From positions 736,001-800,000 of the forward strand of contig CAWHWQ010000001.1 in assembly GCA_963833095.1 (NCBI GenBank): DNA of 64,000 bases. Direction: 5' to 3'. Below, piece after piece: positions 45,777-56,942 of this stretch; the first letter of the stretch is position 1, and the number at the start of each line of letters is the position of its first letter. The stretch comes from Vulcanimicrobiota bacterium. Lineage in GTDB: Bacteria; Vulcanimicrobiota; Vulcanimicrobiia; Vulcanimicrobiales; Vulcanimicrobiaceae. The position numbers and the translations under genes were made by a program. The notes below the pieces were generated by a model, which had not been told where the DNA came from, made no database searches, and was given only the letters and a program-made list of their open reading frames with translations.

Positions 45777-47108
45777 CTAGCCGACTTTTACCAGCAGCGC
45801 ATCACCTTGTCCGCCGCCCGAGCACAACGATGCGATCCCGTAACCGCCGCCGCGCTTGCGCAGCTGATTGATGGCGGTGCCCACCAGTCGCGCGCCCGAT
45901 GCGCCGATCGGATGGCCCATCGCGACCGCTCCGCCGAACAGATTGATCTTCGCTTCTCCGATACCGAGATTGCGAGCCGACGTGATGGCCACGTTGGCAA
46001 ACGCTTCGTTGATTTCCCACACAGCGATGTCTTCGGCGCGCAGGCCGTGCGCATCCAGCAGTTTTTGCGCCGCCATCGCCGGCGTGTAACACAGGTAGGG
46101 CGAATCCCATCCGACGGTTGCATGACCGAGTACCGTCGCGATTGCGTCGTAACCGCGCTCGCGCGCGTAGGCTGCGTCGGCAAGAACCAGCGCGGCCGCA
46201 CCGTCGTTGACGCCCGGCGCGTTCGCAGCGGTCACCGTTCCGTCTTTCTCCAGCGGTTTGAGTTTGGCCATCGCCTCATAGCTCGCGTCGGCGCGCACGG
46301 CTTCGTCGCGATCGACCAGAGTAAACGGCGCGTCGCCGGTTACAAAGGGCGCCCACGACGCATAGTCCAGGGTAAAACGCTGCGACGGCGTGTGATTCCA
46401 CATCGCGCCCGGAGCGCCGACCGTCGCGGGAACGCGCACGTCGCCGCGCTGCGGCAGCGCATCGACCACGACTTTGCCTTTGGCTTTGGTCGCGACGCGC
46501 ACCGGCACGATCTCATCGTCAAACGCGCCGGACTCGTGCGAGGCGTGAGCGCGGCGATGGCTTTCGTACGCAAAACGATCTTGATCTTCGCGCGAGAGGC
46601 CAAGCTCACCGGCGACGATACTGCCTTGCGCGGCCATCGTCATCGGAAAATACTGATCCCACAGCCCATCGTAAATCATCTCGTCGATCAGCTTGCCGTC
46701 ACCGAAGCGATAGCCGCTGCGCGCGTCCTTGAGCAGATAGGGCGCATTGGACATCGATTCCATACCGCCGGCGGCGATCACGCGATTCGCCCCCGTGTTG
46801 ATCAGACGCATCGCAGTAGCAACCGCAAGCAAGCCCGAGGCACAAACCTTGTTCAACGTTTCAGCCGTGACCGTTTTTGCCAACCCCGATTTGAAGACGA
46901 CCTGACGCGCCGGATTCTGTCCGACACCGGCTTGCAGCACCTCGCCGTACACGACGTGCTCGATCTCCGTCGGATCCATGCCGGCGCGCTGCAGCGCCCC
47001 GATCAGCGCCGTGGCGCCAAGGGTGGTTGCGTCGAGGGAAGCGAGTGCGCCGCCCAACTTGCCGAACGGCGTGCGTGCGAGGGAGAGGACAACGGTTTGC
47101 GATTCCAT
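45777..47108 (-). CDS. Acetyl-CoA C-acetyltransferase (thiolase) with an internal insertion
   Basis: RTPFG, NKVCASG, GGMESMS, EINEAFA, GHPIGASG, SLCSGGGQG. Confidence 0.93.
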   Translation of the reverse strand: MESQTVVLSLARTPFGKLGGALASLDATTLGATALIGALQRAGMDPTEIEHVVYGEVLQAGVGQNPARQVVFKSGLAKTVTAETLNKVCASGLLAVATAMRLINTGANRVIAAGGMESMSNAPYLLKDARSGYRFGDGKLIDEMIYDGLWDQYFPMTMAAQGSIVAGELGLSREDQDRFAYESHRRAHASHESGAFDDEIVPVRVATKAKGKVVVDALPQRGDVRVPATVGAPGAMWNHTPSQRFTLDYASWAPFVTGDAPFTLVDRDEAVRADASYEAMAKLKPLEKDGTVTAANAPGVNDGAAALVLADAAYARERGYDAIATVLGHATVGWDSPYLCYTPAMAAQKLLDAHGLRAEDIAVWEINEAFANVAITSARNLGIGEAKINLFGGAVAMGHPIGASGARLVGTAINQLRKRGGGYGIASLCSGGGQGDALLVKVG

Positions 47109-47170
47109 GTGGGCCATAACGTCCGTGAAGTTCGGGAAGGCTTGCGGCTTTACTTTCCGTCTTTTGTCGC

Positions 47171-48052
47171 TTAGGGCGCGTCGGAGCGGCAGATAATGAT
47201 GCCGCCGGGGTCGCAATGTTCGCTCTCGAGCTGGACGGTAACGTGGCCGATCCCATAGCGCTCGCGCACGACCGACCGAAGCCGCTCCAGAATGCGTGCC
47301 CCGTCGCTCAGCCGGCCGTCTTCGAGCAGCAAATGCGCCGACAACGCGCGCGAGCCGCTGCCGATCGTCCAGACGTGCAGATCGTGAACGCCGACGATGC
47401 CGCCGATGGTGCGAATCTGCAGCTCGACGTCGGCTGAATCGACACCGGGCGGCACGGCCTCGAGCAGCACGTCGCTCGCGTCGCGCAGGACGCCGGCGAC
47501 ACCGACCACGATGATCGCCGCGACGAAGAGCGAGAGCACGGGATCGATCCATGCCGCTCCGGTCATCGCAATGACAACGCCGCCAATGATGACCGCAAGC
47601 GCACCGAGCACGTCGCCCGCCACATGCGCGAGCGCGGCGCGCACATTGTGATTGTGATGATGCTCGAGCAGCGTCAGACCGATGCTGACATTGACAACCA
47701 GTCCGATAGCCGCGATCACCGTCATCATCAATCCATGCGGCTCCACCGGCGCGCGCAAACGCAGTACGGCTTGATACGCCAAGATCGCCGTCGCGCCAAG
47801 GAGGATTGCGCCGTTAAAGAGCGCGCCCAAGACCTCGACCCTGCCGTAGCCAAAAGTCTTGCGGCGATTCGCGCGCCGCGTTGCGCCAACAGCGGCCAGG
47901 AGCGCAACGGCGAACGCGAAGACATCGATGCACACGTGCACCGCGTCGGTCGTCAGCGCGAGACTATGCGACGCCGCGCCGCCCCAAAATTCCAACGCCG
48001 CGACGGCGGCGGAAAGGATCAGAGCAAGGGAGAGGCGGCGGCGCGAGGACAT
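47171..48052 (-). CDS. Cation diffusion facilitator (CzcD/ZitB-like)
   Basis: SLAL..DA.H, TFGYGRVE, NVRAALAHVAGD, HDLHVW, HVTVQLE. Confidence 0.92.
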   Translation of the reverse strand: MSSRRRLSLALILSAAVAALEFWGGAASHSLALTTDAVHVCIDVFAFAVALLAAVGATRRANRRKTFGYGRVEVLGALFNGAILLGATAILAYQAVLRLRAPVEPHGLMMTVIAAIGLVVNVSIGLTLLEHHHNHNVRAALAHVAGDVLGALAVIIGGVVIAMTGAAWIDPVLSLFVAAIIVVGVAGVLRDASDVLLEAVPPGVDSADVELQIRTIGGIVGVHDLHVWTIGSGSRALSAHLLLEDGRLSDGARILERLRSVVRERYGIGHVTVQLESEHCDPGGIIICRSDAP

Positions 48053-48062
48053 GGCACGCGCG

Positions 48063-48662
48063 CTACGTTCGCAACGTTTTGAGAACGAGCAGTCCCAGCA
48101 TGACGCCAAACGAAACAAACGTGCGGCTCTCGGCTTCGCGAATAACGCTTGGGTTCCACGTACCTTGCCCGTCTGGCGCCGGTTGCGCGAGTGGAATCAC
48201 CGGCGGAACACGTTCGCAATAGCGCTCGAATGCCTCGCCGAACTCCGAGCGCAAAAATTTCTCTTCGTGAGGAACGATGGTCGCGTATACGGCGAGCATC
48301 GTAGCAAGCGAACCGCCCACCAGCGCGAGCTTGGCCGCTACGCCGTTCTTCCCGGTGAACGCGACAGCAAAGCCGAGCGCCGTGATAAAGTTTCCGACGT
48401 AGAGCGGATTGCGCACGTAGGCATACGGGCCGGCGGTTACGAGCTGCGGGGCTTCGACCGCGTCGCCGCGTGTCGTTACGCCCGAATAACCGACCGCCCA
48501 ACAACGCACGAGTTCACCCGCGATCGCAAGGGGAAGTCCAAGTGCGACCCCGGTTGCGCTGGGCCGCCCAAAGACCGCGAGCAGTGCCGCGGGAATCGTG
48601 AGCAGCAAGCCGCGATTCTTGAAGACGAGCGCTTGCAGATCGTCGTTGTTGCTATCATCCAT
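48063..48662 (-). CDS. Isoprenylcysteine carboxyl methyltransferase/PEMT-family membrane protein
   Basis: LVTAGPYAYVRNPLYVG, EEKFL..FG..F..Y...VP. Confidence 0.88.
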   Translation of the reverse strand: MDDSNNDDLQALVFKNRGLLLTIPAALLAVFGRPSATGVALGLPLAIAGELVRCWAVGYSGVTTRGDAVEAPQLVTAGPYAYVRNPLYVGNFITALGFAVAFTGKNGVAAKLALVGGSLATMLAVYATIVPHEEKFLRSEFGEAFERYCERVPPVIPLAQPAPDGQGTWNPSVIREAESRTFVSFGVMLGLLVLKTLRT

Positions 48663-48668
48663 GGATTT

Positions 48669-49592
48669 TTAGCTCTTGGCGGCGGCGCGGTAGATATCCC
48701 GTATCGAGGCCGTAAAGGCGATCTGCGGTTCCCATCCGGTGGCCTCGCGCAGCTTCGTCGCGTCGCCAAGCGAAAGCGGAACGTCGGAGGGGCGCATCCG
48801 CTGCGGATCGTCGCGGACTTCGACGGGGACGTGCGCTGCGATGATCAGTTCGCGCAAGACATCGCGCATCGCGCGTGCCGTACCGCTGCACACGTTGTAG
48901 GTTTCGCCCACTTTTCCGTCGCGCGCGAGGGCGATATAGGCGCGAACAACGTCGCGAACGTCGAGAAAATCGCGTTTTGCATCGAGGTTGCCGACGTAGA
49001 GTTGCGGCGGGGCACCCGCCGCAATCTTGGCCAGCTGCGATGCAAATCCGGCGACCGCGAACCGGTCGCTCTGTCCCGGGCCGATGTGGTTAAACGCGCG
49101 CGCGATCACGACGTCGAGCCCCAAACTGTGCGCTTCGCCCAACAGCAGCATTTCGGCGGCCGCTTTGCTCGCCGCATACGGATTAGCGGGAGAGAGCGCG
49201 CAAGTCTCGCGCAGCGGATAATTCTCGGCCGGCTGAATGCCGTAGACCTCCGCCGAGCTCGTAAAGAGTATCCGCACGCGCGCGTCGGCGCCGCGCGCGT
49301 ACTCGCGCACGGCCTGCGCCACGTTCGCGGTGCCGTGCACGTTGGTTTCATAGGTTACCGTCGGCGCAGCGATCGACTCGGGCACGAACGTCGCTGCCGC
49401 CAGATGAAAGATGACCTCGGGCGCGGCCAGATCGAGCGCCGCGCGCAATGAGGAACGGTCGAGCAGGTCGATGGGGAGTGCGTCGGCGTCATGCGGACCG
49501 CCGCAGGCCAACACCTCGTCACCGCGGGCGCGCAGCGCCTCGACCAAATAACGGCCGACAAAACCGGTCGCACCGGTCACGAGCGCGCGCAT
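48669..49592 (-). CDS. NAD-dependent epimerase/dehydratase, GDP-4-keto-6-deoxy-D-mannose reductase (Rmd)-like
   Basis: TGATGFVG, SSAEVYG, PYAASK, RAFNHIGPGQ, RDFLDVRDVV; adjacent to gmd. Confidence 0.8.
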   Translation of the reverse strand: MRALVTGATGFVGRYLVEALRARGDEVLACGGPHDADALPIDLLDRSSLRAALDLAAPEVIFHLAAATFVPESIAAPTVTYETNVHGTANVAQAVREYARGADARVRILFTSSAEVYGIQPAENYPLRETCALSPANPYAASKAAAEMLLLGEAHSLGLDVVIARAFNHIGPGQSDRFAVAGFASQLAKIAAGAPPQLYVGNLDAKRDFLDVRDVVRAYIALARDGKVGETYNVCSGTARAMRDVLRELIIAAHVPVEVRDDPQRMRPSDVPLSLGDATKLREATGWEPQIAFTASIRDIYRAAAKS

Positions 49593-49597
49593 CGCCG

Positions 49598-50581
<984 letters not shown>

Positions 50582-51256
50582 CTAATTGAGGACTTGTATT
50601 GTTGTTCCTTGGTCGTCGAACACAAAGCGTGTCTCGTAGATCTCGGCGCCCTCGGGCCCGACGACTTTTGATTGGATCGTCAGTCGATGCACCAGCGCGT
50701 TATTGTGCCGCACGACACCGGAATAGAAATATTGCACGAGCGGCGTGACGTTCTCTTGTAGCGGCGCGAGGCGGCGACGTTCAACCAGCATGGTGAGCAA
50801 ACGCTCCTGCAGCGCGACCGGCAACAGCCGATTGGCGTCGTCGGGCGTCATGCGAACGGTTACCAGTTCTTCTTGCGCCTTGTTGGCTTCGGCGACCGGC
50901 TTATCGGTGGTGTAGCGAATGATCGCGTCCCAATCGTCGGCGGAGATGCCGGTGAAGCGCATACCATAACGCCAAACGGACTTGCCTTGATGCGAGACGG
51001 TGTCTTGCCATACGGCTTTGGCGCGCATACGAATCACGCGCGTCTCAATCGTCGCGCGGATCTCGAATTCATCACGGCCGACCGGTTCTTGCGTGAGGAC
51101 ACATAAACCGCCGCCGCTTATATCTAAACCGATCGCGGGCTTTTGCGTGAGCCCCGCGTCTACGGAGACCGTCGCCCGATACGGTTTCCGCTTTCGGGGA
51201 TATTTGCGGCGGTTGGCATCCTTACCGGTAAACCAGCCCAGAAGGTCGCTGAACAC
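50582..51256 (-). CDS. PilZ-domain protein with an unknown C-terminal domain
   Basis: NRRKYPR, DISGGG, YGMRF followed by ~100 extra aa. Confidence 0.8.
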   Translation of the reverse strand: MFSDLLGWFTGKDANRRKYPRKRKPYRATVSVDAGLTQKPAIGLDISGGGLCVLTQEPVGRDEFEIRATIETRVIRMRAKAVWQDTVSHQGKSVWRYGMRFTGISADDWDAIIRYTTDKPVAEANKAQEELVTVRMTPDDANRLLPVALQERLLTMLVERRRLAPLQENVTPLVQYFYSGVVRHNNALVHRLTIQSKVVGPEGAEIYETRFVFDDQGTTIQVLN

Positions 51257-51273
51257 TGCCCCGGCCGTATTGG

Positions 51274-52014
51274 CTATCCCCCCGCGCGAACCATCCCAGC
51301 CAAGGACGTTGCAACGAACGCGGCGACCTCGCTGGGGAGGGTCCCGCGGCCAAATCCGGCATCGTACCCAAGTTCGCTCGCCATAAGATTGTTCACCCGA
51401 GGACCACCGCAGATAAGGACAACGCGGTCGCGCAATCCCTCGGCTTCGAGCAATTCCACCAAGGACGTGAAGTTCTTGAGATCGCTGCCCTTCTGGGTGA
51501 CGACTTGTGATGCCAGCATCGCGTCGATTGCGTGATCTTTGGCAAAGCGCACAAAATCTTCGACCGCGACTTGGCTGCCCAGATTGAACGTCTCGAACAT
51601 GTGGTAACGCTCGAGACCGTAGTCACCTTTATAGCCCTTCATGTTTAAGATTGCGTCGATCCCGACCGTGTGGGCGTCGGTCCCGATGCAGGCACCGGCG
51701 ATGCGAATCTTGCGGCCAAGATGATCGCGAACGTAGGCATCGATTTCATCCATCGACATCGCATGCGTTTTTGCCGACGGCGCCTTGACCGCGTCGGCGT
51801 CGATCGACTGCGGCGTGCTGGCATAGACGACGAAGGTCGAGAATCCAGTCGCAATCGTGCGGCCCTCGACAACTTGCACGTCGGTAAAGCCCATCTTGGC
51901 CACGAGCTGACGCGCGGCTTCGTCGGCGGCTTCACTCCATTCGATCGGCAACGCGAACGAGAGCTGCACCTTGCCGTCGTTCATCGTATCGCCGTACGGT
52001 TTAACGAGCCGCAT
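51274..52014 (-). CDS. kamE: D-lysine/beta-lysine 5,6-aminomutase beta subunit (B12-binding)
   Basis: KPYGDTMNDGKVQLSF, DAHTVG cobalamin motif, NMKG..GDYGLERY, GYDAGFG. Confidence 0.92.
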   Translation of the reverse strand: MRLVKPYGDTMNDGKVQLSFALPIEWSEAADEAARQLVAKMGFTDVQVVEGRTIATGFSTFVVYASTPQSIDADAVKAPSAKTHAMSMDEIDAYVRDHLGRKIRIAGACIGTDAHTVGIDAILNMKGYKGDYGLERYHMFETFNLGSQVAVEDFVRFAKDHAIDAMLASQVVTQKGSDLKNFTSLVELLEAEGLRDRVVLICGGPRVNNLMASELGYDAGFGRGTLPSEVAAFVATSLAGMVRAGG

Positions 52015-53548
52015 ATAGCAACGCTTCTTCGAAGGGGTTCCAGTAGTCGTCGGCGCGAGCGAAGACGCCGTCAAATCCGCGTCCCCCATCGGGCGGCCGC
52101 GACACGTCGGCAAATACGGCGGCTTCAATCGCGTGCATGAGCCCCAGATCCGCGACCCGTTCAAGCAGCGTCGCGCAATCCGCTAGGACCGACTGAGCCC
52201 GCCGCTCGATGACGCCGTTCGGCTTTGCCGCGATCTCGTCACCAAAGTGCCGCGCCGTATTCATAATGTAGCGGGCGTTCTCGATCGAGAGCGCGCGGTC
52301 GGCCAGGAACGGCGTGTGGATAGCTTCAGTGAGCATGCCGCAGAGGTGGATCGTCTGATGCGTCATGACCGAGGTCAGGTTGAACATCGCATCGATGAGA
52401 TGACCTTTGAAGATGTCGCCGGTCATGTGTTTGGTCGGGGGCATGTATTTGAGCGGCGCATCCGGGAAGACTTGGCGCGCGAGCTGCGCCTGCGCGACCT
52501 GATACAGGAATCCGTCTTCCAGATCCGGGCTGATCTCGTAGGCGTCACCAAGCCCGATCTGTCGATCCGGCATTCCCGCGCGGTGCGCGAATTCTTCATT
52601 GATGAACTGCGAGGCCAAAACGGCGGGAGCTTGTTCGACGGCATCGGCGGTCGTCAAATAATTATCTTCGCCGGTATTGATGATGATGCCCGAATAGGCG
52701 TTGAGCATGCGACTGAAGTGCTGATCGACAAAGGTGCGCTTCATGTTGATGTCGCGAAAGAGAATGCCGTACATCGAATCGTTGAGTAGCATATCTAGGC
52801 GTTCGAGCGCCGCCATCGTGGCGATCTCCGGCATGCACAGTCCGCTGGCATAATTGGTGAGCATCACGTAGCGACCGAGCTGCTCGGAGACTTCATCGAG
52901 CGCCTCGCGCATGATCCGAAAATTCTCTTGCGTCGCGTAGGTGCCGCCGAAGCCTTCGGTGGTCGGTCCGAACGGAACGAAGTCGAGCAGTGACTGTCCC
53001 GTCGATCGGATGACCGCGATGATCTGCGCGCCCGCTTGCGCGGCGGCCACGGCGGCCGTGCGGTCTTCGTAGATGTTTCCGCTTGCGACGATCACGTAGA
53101 GCAGTGGAGGCGGCAACTGCGGGAGTTCGGCAAGACGCGCATCGCGTTCGGCGCGGTTTGCTCGCACGCGCGCGAGCGACGCCTCGACAAACGGGCGAAG
53201 CGCGCCGCGGGCTGCGTCGTCAGGCGCAGCAGCGAATTGCGCGAGCGTCAGGGTGCCGGCGGCGAAGGTTTCGCCCAACGAGCGCGGATCGAGTCCTGTC
53301 TCGGCCAGACCCTTTCCGAACCACAACGCAATGCCGCGCGAACGTTCCACCGGTGAGAGCGAATCGAGGATCATGTTCGGAACCGGAACCTCGTCAGGAC
53401 CGACGCCGTCGACCCCCAGCAGCCGCAGCACCGAGCGCTCGACCGCAACGGTCGAATGGGAAGCGATAAAATCACTTACCGGCGCGGTAATCGCAGCGGC
53501 AAGTTCACGACACCGAGTAACGAGAGCGCGATCGATTCGCAGTTCCAC
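52001..53548 (-). CDS. kamD: D-lysine/beta-lysine 5,6-aminomutase alpha subunit
   Basis: YVIVASGNIYED, VIRSTGQSLLD, TEGFGGTYATQENF, NYASGLCMPE, KYMPPTKHMTG, LTEAIHTP. Confidence 0.94.
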   Translation of the reverse strand: MELRIDRALVTRCRELAAAITAPVSDFIASHSTVAVERSVLRLLGVDGVGPDEVPVPNMILDSLSPVERSRGIALWFGKGLAETGLDPRSLGETFAAGTLTLAQFAAAPDDAARGALRPFVEASLARVRANRAERDARLAELPQLPPPLLYVIVASGNIYEDRTAAVAAAQAGAQIIAVIRSTGQSLLDFVPFGPTTEGFGGTYATQENFRIMREALDEVSEQLGRYVMLTNYASGLCMPEIATMAALERLDMLLNDSMYGILFRDINMKRTFVDQHFSRMLNAYSGIIINTGEDNYLTTADAVEQAPAVLASQFINEEFAHRAGMPDRQIGLGDAYEISPDLEDGFLYQVAQAQLARQVFPDAPLKYMPPTKHMTGDIFKGHLIDAMFNLTSVMTHQTIHLCGMLTEAIHTPFLADRALSIENARYIMNTARHFGDEIAAKPNGVIERRAQSVLADCATLLERVADLGLMHAIEAAVFADVSRPPDGGRGFDGVFARADDYWNPFEEALLYAAR

Positions 53549-53554
53549 GACGAC

Positions 53555-54397
53555 CTACTTATCGCGCAGGTAGGCGGCGATCCCCTCACGCCACGGCGGC
53601 ATCACGATTCCGAGGGCCTCGAGCTTGCCATTGGCGAGCGCGGAGAAGGCCGGGCGCCGCGCCGGCGCCTTCCACTGCGCTGCCGAAATCGGCTCGATCG
53701 ACTGCTCGATTCCCGCAAGCTCCAGCGCAGCGCGCGCAAAATCATACCAACTCACCGGACCAACATTGCAGGCGTGATACAGACCGTGCTCGCCGGTTTC
53801 GACCAAAGCCCGCAACGCGATTGCCAGATCACCGGCATAGGTCGGCGAGGCGATCACATCGCTGACGACCCGGGGCGTTTCGCCCGAACGTGCTTGCGTG
53901 ATGATCCGGTCGACGAAGGTGCCTTTGCTCTTTGAGGCGTGCCGACCGTACACGCCACAGGTGCGCACGACGAACGCCTTCATCGCGCGACGAAGCACGA
54001 GCTGCTCGCCCGCAAGCTTCGACGCTCCGTAGGCGCAGATTGGACGCGCGCAATCCCCTTCTATATACGGAAGGGACGCGTCGCCGTCGAAGACGTAGTC
54101 AGTGCTGACGGTCAGAAAGGCGATGTCGCGCTTTTGGCATAGCGCCGCCACCCGATCGAGGGCCAGCGCATTGATTGCGAAGGCGCGGTCGGGTTCGACC
54201 TCACAAACGTCGACGTTGTGAAAGGCCGCACAGTTAACGAAAAGCTCTGGACGCGCCACCTCGATCGCGCGCTCGACCGTACCGGCATCCTCGATATCGA
54301 GTGCTTCATGCGAGGGCGCTAGGATGTCATCGCTCGTCCAGCGATTGCGAATCTCCGAACCGAGCTGCCCGGAACCGCCAGCGAGCAGCACTTTCAA
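53555..54397 (-). CDS. rfbD: dTDP-4-dehydrorhamnose reductase
   Basis: GGSGQLG, STDYVFDG, YGASKLAGE, PARRPAFS. Confidence 0.94.
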   Translation of the reverse strand: MKVLLAGGSGQLGSEIRNRWTSDDILAPSHEALDIEDAGTVERAIEVARPELFVNCAAFHNVDVCEVEPDRAFAINALALDRVAALCQKRDIAFLTVSTDYVFDGDASLPYIEGDCARPICAYGASKLAGEQLVLRRAMKAFVVRTCGVYGRHASKSKGTFVDRIITQARSGETPRVVSDVIASPTYAGDLAIALRALVETGEHGLYHACNVGPVSWYDFARAALELAGIEQSIEPISAAQWKAPARRPAFSALANGKLEALGIVMPPWREGIAAYLRDK

Positions 54398-55673
54398 GTA
54401 CGCACCTCGCGTGCGACTTGGACGCCAAGCGAAGCAACGACGGTGAGCGGCATAACGATGTTGCCAAGCAAGAGTTCTGTAACGACGACTCCAAGGTCGG
54501 ATGAAACAGCGCTATGACCGCAAGCGTGGCAAGGGTCGCGACGAGCAGAGGCAGCGCGAAACCGAGCCGATGCGTCGACATTCCGTATGCACCAAGGCTA
54601 TTGGTCATCGCAAGCCCGGCCATTGCAGCAGCGTACGTTGGAAGCAAAGGTAACGCCGCATCAAAAGCATTCCCCGTAAGCACATGCAAGACCAAGATGC
54701 CGAAGAAGTGAAAAGCCAGAACGCCGATCCCCGACACGACGGCGATGAAGAGTACCGCGCCCCAGAAAAGCTTGCGTGTGCGTTCACCGCGCGCGTGGCG
54801 ATGCGTCACTTGCGGAATGAGAATCGTCGGGATAAATCCGACAAAATAGAAGACAATCTTGCCACACAGCGATGCTGCCGAATAGAGGCCGGCTTGCTCG
54901 GCTGGAAAGAAATGCTTGACTAAGAGCACGTCGGCAAATCCCATAGTTGTGAGCGTTACGGTCAGTACGAGCGCGCCCGTGGTCGTAACAAAGATACGCC
55001 GCCAATCGAGGACTATCGGCGCAGGGAGGACCCGGCGGTAGCGTTTTATCAGCGGCGCGGCGATCACGAGGGCTCCGGCCGTCATCCCGCATAAGAATGC
55101 GCCCGTGGTTCCGAAGATCGTGAGTCCCGCGGCCGCGACGGCAAGCAGCGCCACGACTTTGACCACGCCTTCGCTCACGAGCGACCACGCATATGCCCCG
55201 TACGCGTGAAGACCCTGTCCGATCGAACGCATCGTCGAAGCCAGAATTCCGACTGCCGACATCAAGCCCACGATCGGGATCTCCCACGGCGCGACGTGCA
55301 AGAACGCGGAGAGCGGTTCCGCAAACAGCAGGCCGCCCACGACGTACAACGCGCCCACGACGACAAATGCGCGAGTGATCCAGCCGATCAGCCCCCGGAC
55401 ATGCCCATCATCATGAAGCGCGGAAAACTCTGCCGAATACTTGGCCACAACGGGGCCAAAAATCGACACCGGCAAACCGACGACGCTATACAAGCTGATA
55501 AGCGCATAAAATGCCCCGTACCCACCGACGCCGAGATGCCGGCTCGCGACGGCATGAAACGCGAATCCGCCGACGCTTAGAGCCATGCTCGCGCCAAAAA
55601 CGAGCGCGCCGGCATTAACAATTGCGCGTGATCCGAACGACGTGGGGGCTCGCTTTGCAACACTCACGGGCAT
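54394..55673 (-). CDS. Polysaccharide flippase (Wzx/MOP family), apparent single-base deletion at ~54491
   Basis: Multi-TM protein with ADVLLVKHFF...AGLYSAAS; restoring one G gives a final TM (VVVTELLLGNIVMPLTVVASLGVQVAREVRT*) whose stop overlaps the rfbD TTG. Confidence 0.8.
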
Positions 55674-55702
55674 TTGGGTTACGACGCCGAACAGCGGTTT
55701 CC

Positions 55703-56239
55703 ATGGAGGTCACGCAACTACCGATCGACGGTGCACTTGAGATCGTGCCGCGGGTATTTGCCGACGAACGCGGCTATTTTAAAGAAACGTATGCGGCGTC
55801 ACGCTATCGTGCGGCGGGAATCGACCCGACGTTCGTGCAGGATAACCTCTCACTCTCGCAACGTCTCGTGCTACGCGGTCTGCATAGCGATCCTCAGATG
55901 GCCAAAATCGTGCAGGTGCTCACGGGCACTGCCTACGACGTGATTGTCGATGTGCGGCGGGAGAGCCCAAGCTTCATGCGCTGGCATGCAGTCACGCTGC
56001 GGGCGCGGGAGCACACGCAGCTCTATATTCCGGCGGGTTGCCTGCATGGTTTCCTCGCACTCGAAGACGAAACGGCGCTCCTCTATAAGCAGAGTGCTGA
56101 ATACGACCCCGCCACCGAGTTCGGGGTCGCTTGGAACGATCCGGACCTGGCGATCGAGTGGCCTCTCGGGGGCGCCGCACCGATTCTCAGCGCGAAGGAC
56201 GCCGGCAATCCGACCCTGCGGGAGCGCGGTCTTCTGTAA
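55703..56239 (+). CDS. rfbC: dTDP-4-dehydrorhamnose 3,5-epimerase
   Basis: DERGYFKE, FVQDN.S.S...VLRGLH, YIPAGCLHGF, WNDPDL.IEWP, LSAKD. Confidence 0.94.
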   Translation: MEVTQLPIDGALEIVPRVFADERGYFKETYAASRYRAAGIDPTFVQDNLSLSQRLVLRGLHSDPQMAKIVQVLTGTAYDVIVDVRRESPSFMRWHAVTLRAREHTQLYIPAGCLHGFLALEDETALLYKQSAEYDPATEFGVAWNDPDLAIEWPLGGAAPILSAKDAGNPTLRERGLL

Positions 56240-56294
56240 CAAAGACGTAGCTCCAGGGTAGAACTCGCTAGAGCCACTGGAAGAAAAGAGAGGG

Positions 56295-56942
56295 ATGGCC
56301 ATCGAGCCGGGCGCACGCGCCCAACAGAGCGATGAAGCTCTGGTCCGGCGCATCCGCGACGGCGAACGAGACCTGTTCGCCCTGCTGGTCGACCGGTACA
56401 AGCGCGGGATTGCAAACTTTATTGGGGCGAGCGTCCGCTGCGCGCCCGATGTGTCGGACCTCTCGCAGGAGACGTTCTTGCGAGCCTATGCGCACCTCGA
56501 TACCTTCAACCCGCAACTGGGTCGATTCTCGACTTGGATTTATCAAATTGCGCGCAATGTCGTGCGCACGCATTTGGGAAAATCGCTGCGCCGCCCGCCG
56601 ACCCAAGAACTCCCCGAAGAGCAGACTCTCGAAAACACGCTGCCCGATCCTTCGGTCGAGTCGGATCCCGCCGGCGGGATATTGCGCGCTGAGGCTGAGC
56701 GTGAGTTGCGCGACGCGCTCGCGGAACTGCCCGAACGCACGCGGACCGTGCTCGCTCTTCGCTACTTCGACAACATGGAATATCACACGATCGCAAGCAC
56801 ACTTGGACTCTCGCTAGGCAACGTCAAGACCTTGATCCACCGCGGCAAAATCGCTCTCGCTCGCAAGATGCTCGAACGTGACGCGCGCCAACGCGGCGCG
56901 GCACGCGAAAAAGGAGGCACGCGTGCGCTGCTCCTCGTGTGA
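56295..56942 (+). CDS. ECF sigma factor (SigW/RpoE-like)
   Basis: DLSQETFLRAY, FSTWIYQIARN; region 4 LPERTR...IASTLGLSLGNVKTLIHRG. Confidence 0.93.
   Translation: MAIEPGARAQQSDEALVRRIRDGERDLFALLVDRYKRGIANFIGASVRCAPDVSDLSQETFLRAYAHLDTFNPQLGRFSTWIYQIARNVVRTHLGKSLRRPPTQELPEEQTLENTLPDPSVESDPAGGILRAEAERELRDALAELPERTRTVLALRYFDNMEYHTIASTLGLSLGNVKTLIHRGKIALARKMLERDARQRGAAREKGGTRALLLV

Noticed and set aside
45474..47174. 566-aa plus-strand ORF
   Set aside because: Antisense shadow of the thiolase/acyl-CoA dehydrogenase genes; no motifs; expected in high-GC DNA
47109..47552. Long N-terminal extensions in the ORF track (thiolase; likewise panC, greA, DUF5069, fliE, kamE, SRPBCC and PQQ paralog 2)
   Set aside because: They overlap upstream genes or promoters and lack homology; downstream starts with RBS or coupling fit better
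47859..49451. 530-aa plus-strand ORF
   Set aside because: Antisense to the CDF, PEMT and Rmd-like genes; Arg-rich and motif-free
54327..54495. Extended flippase C-terminus overlapping rfbD, as a biological feature
   Set aside because: Best explained by one missing G (TTGGA vs TTGGGA), which restores a TM helix and a TTGA junction; probably a homopolymer sequencing error
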